NCBI GenBank assembly: GCA_035221665.1
Contig: CM069162.1
Span: forward strand, 19,716,001-19,780,000
From: Okamejei kenojei
Lineage: Eukaryota
Direction: 5' to 3'
Length of the DNA stretch: 64,000 nt
Positions 61,678 through 64,000 of the stretch are shown here, piece after piece. Positions within the stretch are counted from its first letter, which is position 1. The number at the start of each line of letters is the position of its first letter. The notes under the pieces were generated by a model. That model did no database searches. It was given only the letters and a program-made list of their open reading frames with translations, and was not told the DNA's origin. Both the position numbers and the translations under genes were made by a program.

Positions 61678-61728
61678 TTTTTGTGTCCGCACCCTCATTA
61701 TCCTCACCTGTTGTACCTCAAATCCCAG
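61678..61728 (+). CDS. Candidate upstream alternative acceptor adding FLCPHPHYPHLLYLKSQ (17 aa)
   Basis: gctAG at 61676-61677 follows a long pyrimidine-rich tract (~61550-61665). 51 nt, stop-free, in frame with exon 61729. Confidence 0.55.
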
Positions 61729-61816
61729 CAGCTGCCCAGTCAGGTTGCAGATCACGCTCCAGTTTTTGGAACTGTGGAAAATGCTCACATGACACCAAAC
61801 GTGGACTTCAAGCAAG
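61729..61816 (+). CDS. EIF4G3: EIF4G3 exon (QLPSQVADHAPVFGTVENAHMTPNVDFKQ), NAGNAG acceptor
   Basis: cccAG|CAG|CTG tandem acceptor, GTTTGT donor, 88 nt, phase 0-1. Homologous to human QLPSQVPEHSPVVYGTVESAH...DQKQ. Confidence 0.9.
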
Positions 61817-63012
61817 GTTTGTTCATTTCTCCTCTACTATATTTCTTGTGATATTTTATTTGGTAACTGTTGATAATCTGATGGGAAATGAATGACAGGG
61901 GACTATATATTGTTTTTCATATTATTTTCCTGTCAGGTAATTGCCAAAAGATATCTGGGCGAATCTTCATGTTTAGTTGATTTGTTAAAAGTCTAATTTT
62001 CAGGTAGTTTAATGTTTTAATTCACTTTACCTGTGGCAGAAACTTTCTATCACTTTGAAGAATCAGCATTGACTAGTTTTCGCAATGCCAAACTCATAAA
62101 TATCTATTGCCCATATGTTTGTGTTGCCAGTTAGTTTCTCTGCGCTTAGTAATACTTCCTAAACATTTTCAGTAGGCATCATTTAATGGTAATTCAGAAT
62201 AATAATTGTGAGGTATTAATACTTCATTCGTTTGGCAGCTCCTAGTGAACTAGCATCAATTATTAGCCTTCATAATTTTCAAATGCACAGATTTAACATA
62301 GAAGGGATTGTGACGCCAGTAAGTTATATCCTGTTATCATGTTAGTTTATATGATCTTCAATGGCAGACTTTTTCAGAATATGACAATCTGCACATTTTG
62401 TCTGATTTATGAGAGTGCCATTTGCAGTTTTTCAGAAAGAACTGCAGAGGTAATATGATAAAATTAATCACATTTTTATAAACGTTGACAAAAAGAACAC
62501 TTGAACTGAGCGGCACCTCTGTTAGAGCATTTAAGATAATTACTGTGGTGAAATTAGAGCTGATTTGTCACAGGACAAGGCTTTCACACTGGAATGTCAT
62601 GAAATTCCCCTGATCAAGTAATTAGCAGTACAGGGTTATTATTTTGTTTGGAACATGATTATTGTTCCTTTCCTATTGAAGTTTTGCATTTTTCTTATTT
62701 AACAAAGATTATTTTGAGGTAATTGGTACCTCGGTGCTCCAAATCTGCCCATAATTGAAAGTATTAAGAGTGAAGTGTGGTGGCTTCAGCAGGGCTGCCA
62801 ATAAACCATGAAACAAGAAGTGTTCATCTCCAGTGGCCACCAAAACCCAGTGACCCCACCAAAAGTGCTTTAAATTGACTCAAATCAAATGATTGTATTT
62901 TGTTTGTGAACAATGCTTTTGATCTAGGTTCTTGAATTTAGCTGCTTATTTTAAATATTTAAATTATTTTATTCATTAATTTAAAATTGTATTAGCCATT
63001 AATTTTGAATTA

Positions 63013-63500
63013 TAGATAATAGGTGCAGGAGTAGGCCATTCAGCCCTTCGAGCCAGCACCGCCATTCAATGTGATCATGGCTGATCATCCGCAATCAGTA
63101 CCCCGTTCCATCCTTCTCCCCAATCTCCCCTGACTCCACTATCTTTAAGAGCCCTATCTGGCTCTCTCTTGAAAGTATCCAGAGAACCGGCCTTCGCCGT
63201 CCTCTGAGGCAGAGATTTTCCACAGACTCACAACTCTCTGTGTGAAAAATTATTTCCTCATCTCCGTTCTAAATGGCTTACCCCTTATTCTTAATAATGG
63301 TTCTGGACTCCCACAACATCGGGAACATATTTCCTGCCTCTAGCATGTCCAAACCCTTAATAATCTTACACGTTTCAATAAGATCCCCTTTCATCCTTCT
63401 AAATTCCAGGGCCCAGCCGCTCCATTCTCTCAGCATATGACAGTCCCGCCATCCCTGGAATTAACCTTGTGAACTTACGCTGCACTCCCTCAGTAACAAG
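63013..63500 (-). mobile_element. CR1 LINE 3' end
   Basis: Reverse complement of the family 3' UTR (ataggtgcaggagtaggccattcagcccttcgagcc) plus the ORF2 end. Confidence 0.88.
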
Positions 63501-63519
63501 AATTGACCAATACAAATTA

Positions 63520-64000
63520 TATAACTCAAAGATTTAAAAAAAAATCATCAGTTTAAGTAAAGCATTATGATTTTAAAATAGTAAAGTGAATGATGCAAGG
63601 TTTGATAAATATTTTTATTAATTGTAAATACATATTAATAGAAAATACTTCTTACATACATTCGTAATGTTATTAATATTAACATTTAAGACTTATTTAT
63701 ATTTCTATACTTTTTTTATAAGTAAGAAAAGAGAGAAAAATAACATAGAGATAAGAAATCAAAAATAAAGAAGTGAATGGAGTATTAAAAAGTTATCCGT
63801 CGTTGGAGATATATCCATGATTTGTTATACGTATTTCTTCATCTATTCCATTATTCAGGTTTCAGTCAGGCTCTCACACCGAGCCATTTTGACCCTTTAG
63901 ATATTCAATGTATGGAGACCATATGCCTCTGAAAAGATCCAACCTGTCCATTAGGACATGTCTCAATCTTTCCAGATGGACTGTCTCCGACATTCCTGTA
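63520..64000 (-). mobile_element. L1/Tx1-like LINE 3' end (window-truncated)
   Basis: The - strand at the window end reads MSETVHLERLRHVLMDRLDLFRGIWSPYIEYLK, resembling a fish L1 ORF2 C-terminus, followed by a T-rich UTR. Confidence 0.55.

Noticed and set aside
13036-61816. Assignment of the gene as EIF4G1
   Set aside because: The microexon GGFRPIQ, FFQRP, KREKKT and SRNPTPP..GRP..QLPSQV are EIF4G3-type. EIF4G1 has GGFRSLQ, HFYP, KRERKT and ARTASTPTPPQ.
61506-61895. 129-aa hydrophobic ORF
   Set aside because: It is a translation of the polypyrimidine tract and is out of frame with the conserved exon.

Overview
AT-rich, repeat-dense vertebrate DNA. The repeat families suggest a cartilaginous fish, probably a skate or ray; this is inference. 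The whole window appears to lie inside the 5' half of EIF4G3 (eIF4GII) on the + strand. Eight canonical GT-AG coding exons splice in frame: AAFQSGQ...MTTQPQARQ / FAAGPRAAHHQ / the 21-nt neural microexon GGFRPIQ / FFQRPP... / FRPSATPY... / ...PPTKREKKT / [21 protein letters not shown] (PABP-binding) / QLPSQV.... Three further in-frame segments are candidates for alternative isoforms: a Trp/Phe-rich upstream exon, an internal alternative N-terminus, and a 17-aa acceptor extension next to a NAGNAG. The introns hold CR1, Rex1/Babar, RTE, L2, L1-like and Penelope-like retroelements, two Tc1 copies, hAT and PIF/Harbinger MITEs, V-SINE and DeuSINE relics, and a 165-N assembly gap. The most notable unannotated signals are RNA-level. 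One is a ~135-bp TSD-flanked retroelement whose 5' end is a minimal HDV/CPEB3-like ribozyme fold (49180-49233, - strand). Another is a dispersed family of short Penelope-tail insertions with a minimal hammerhead-like core, including a head-to-head pair inside a DNA MITE. There are also three near-perfect inverted repeats with arms of 229, ~54 and 34 bp.
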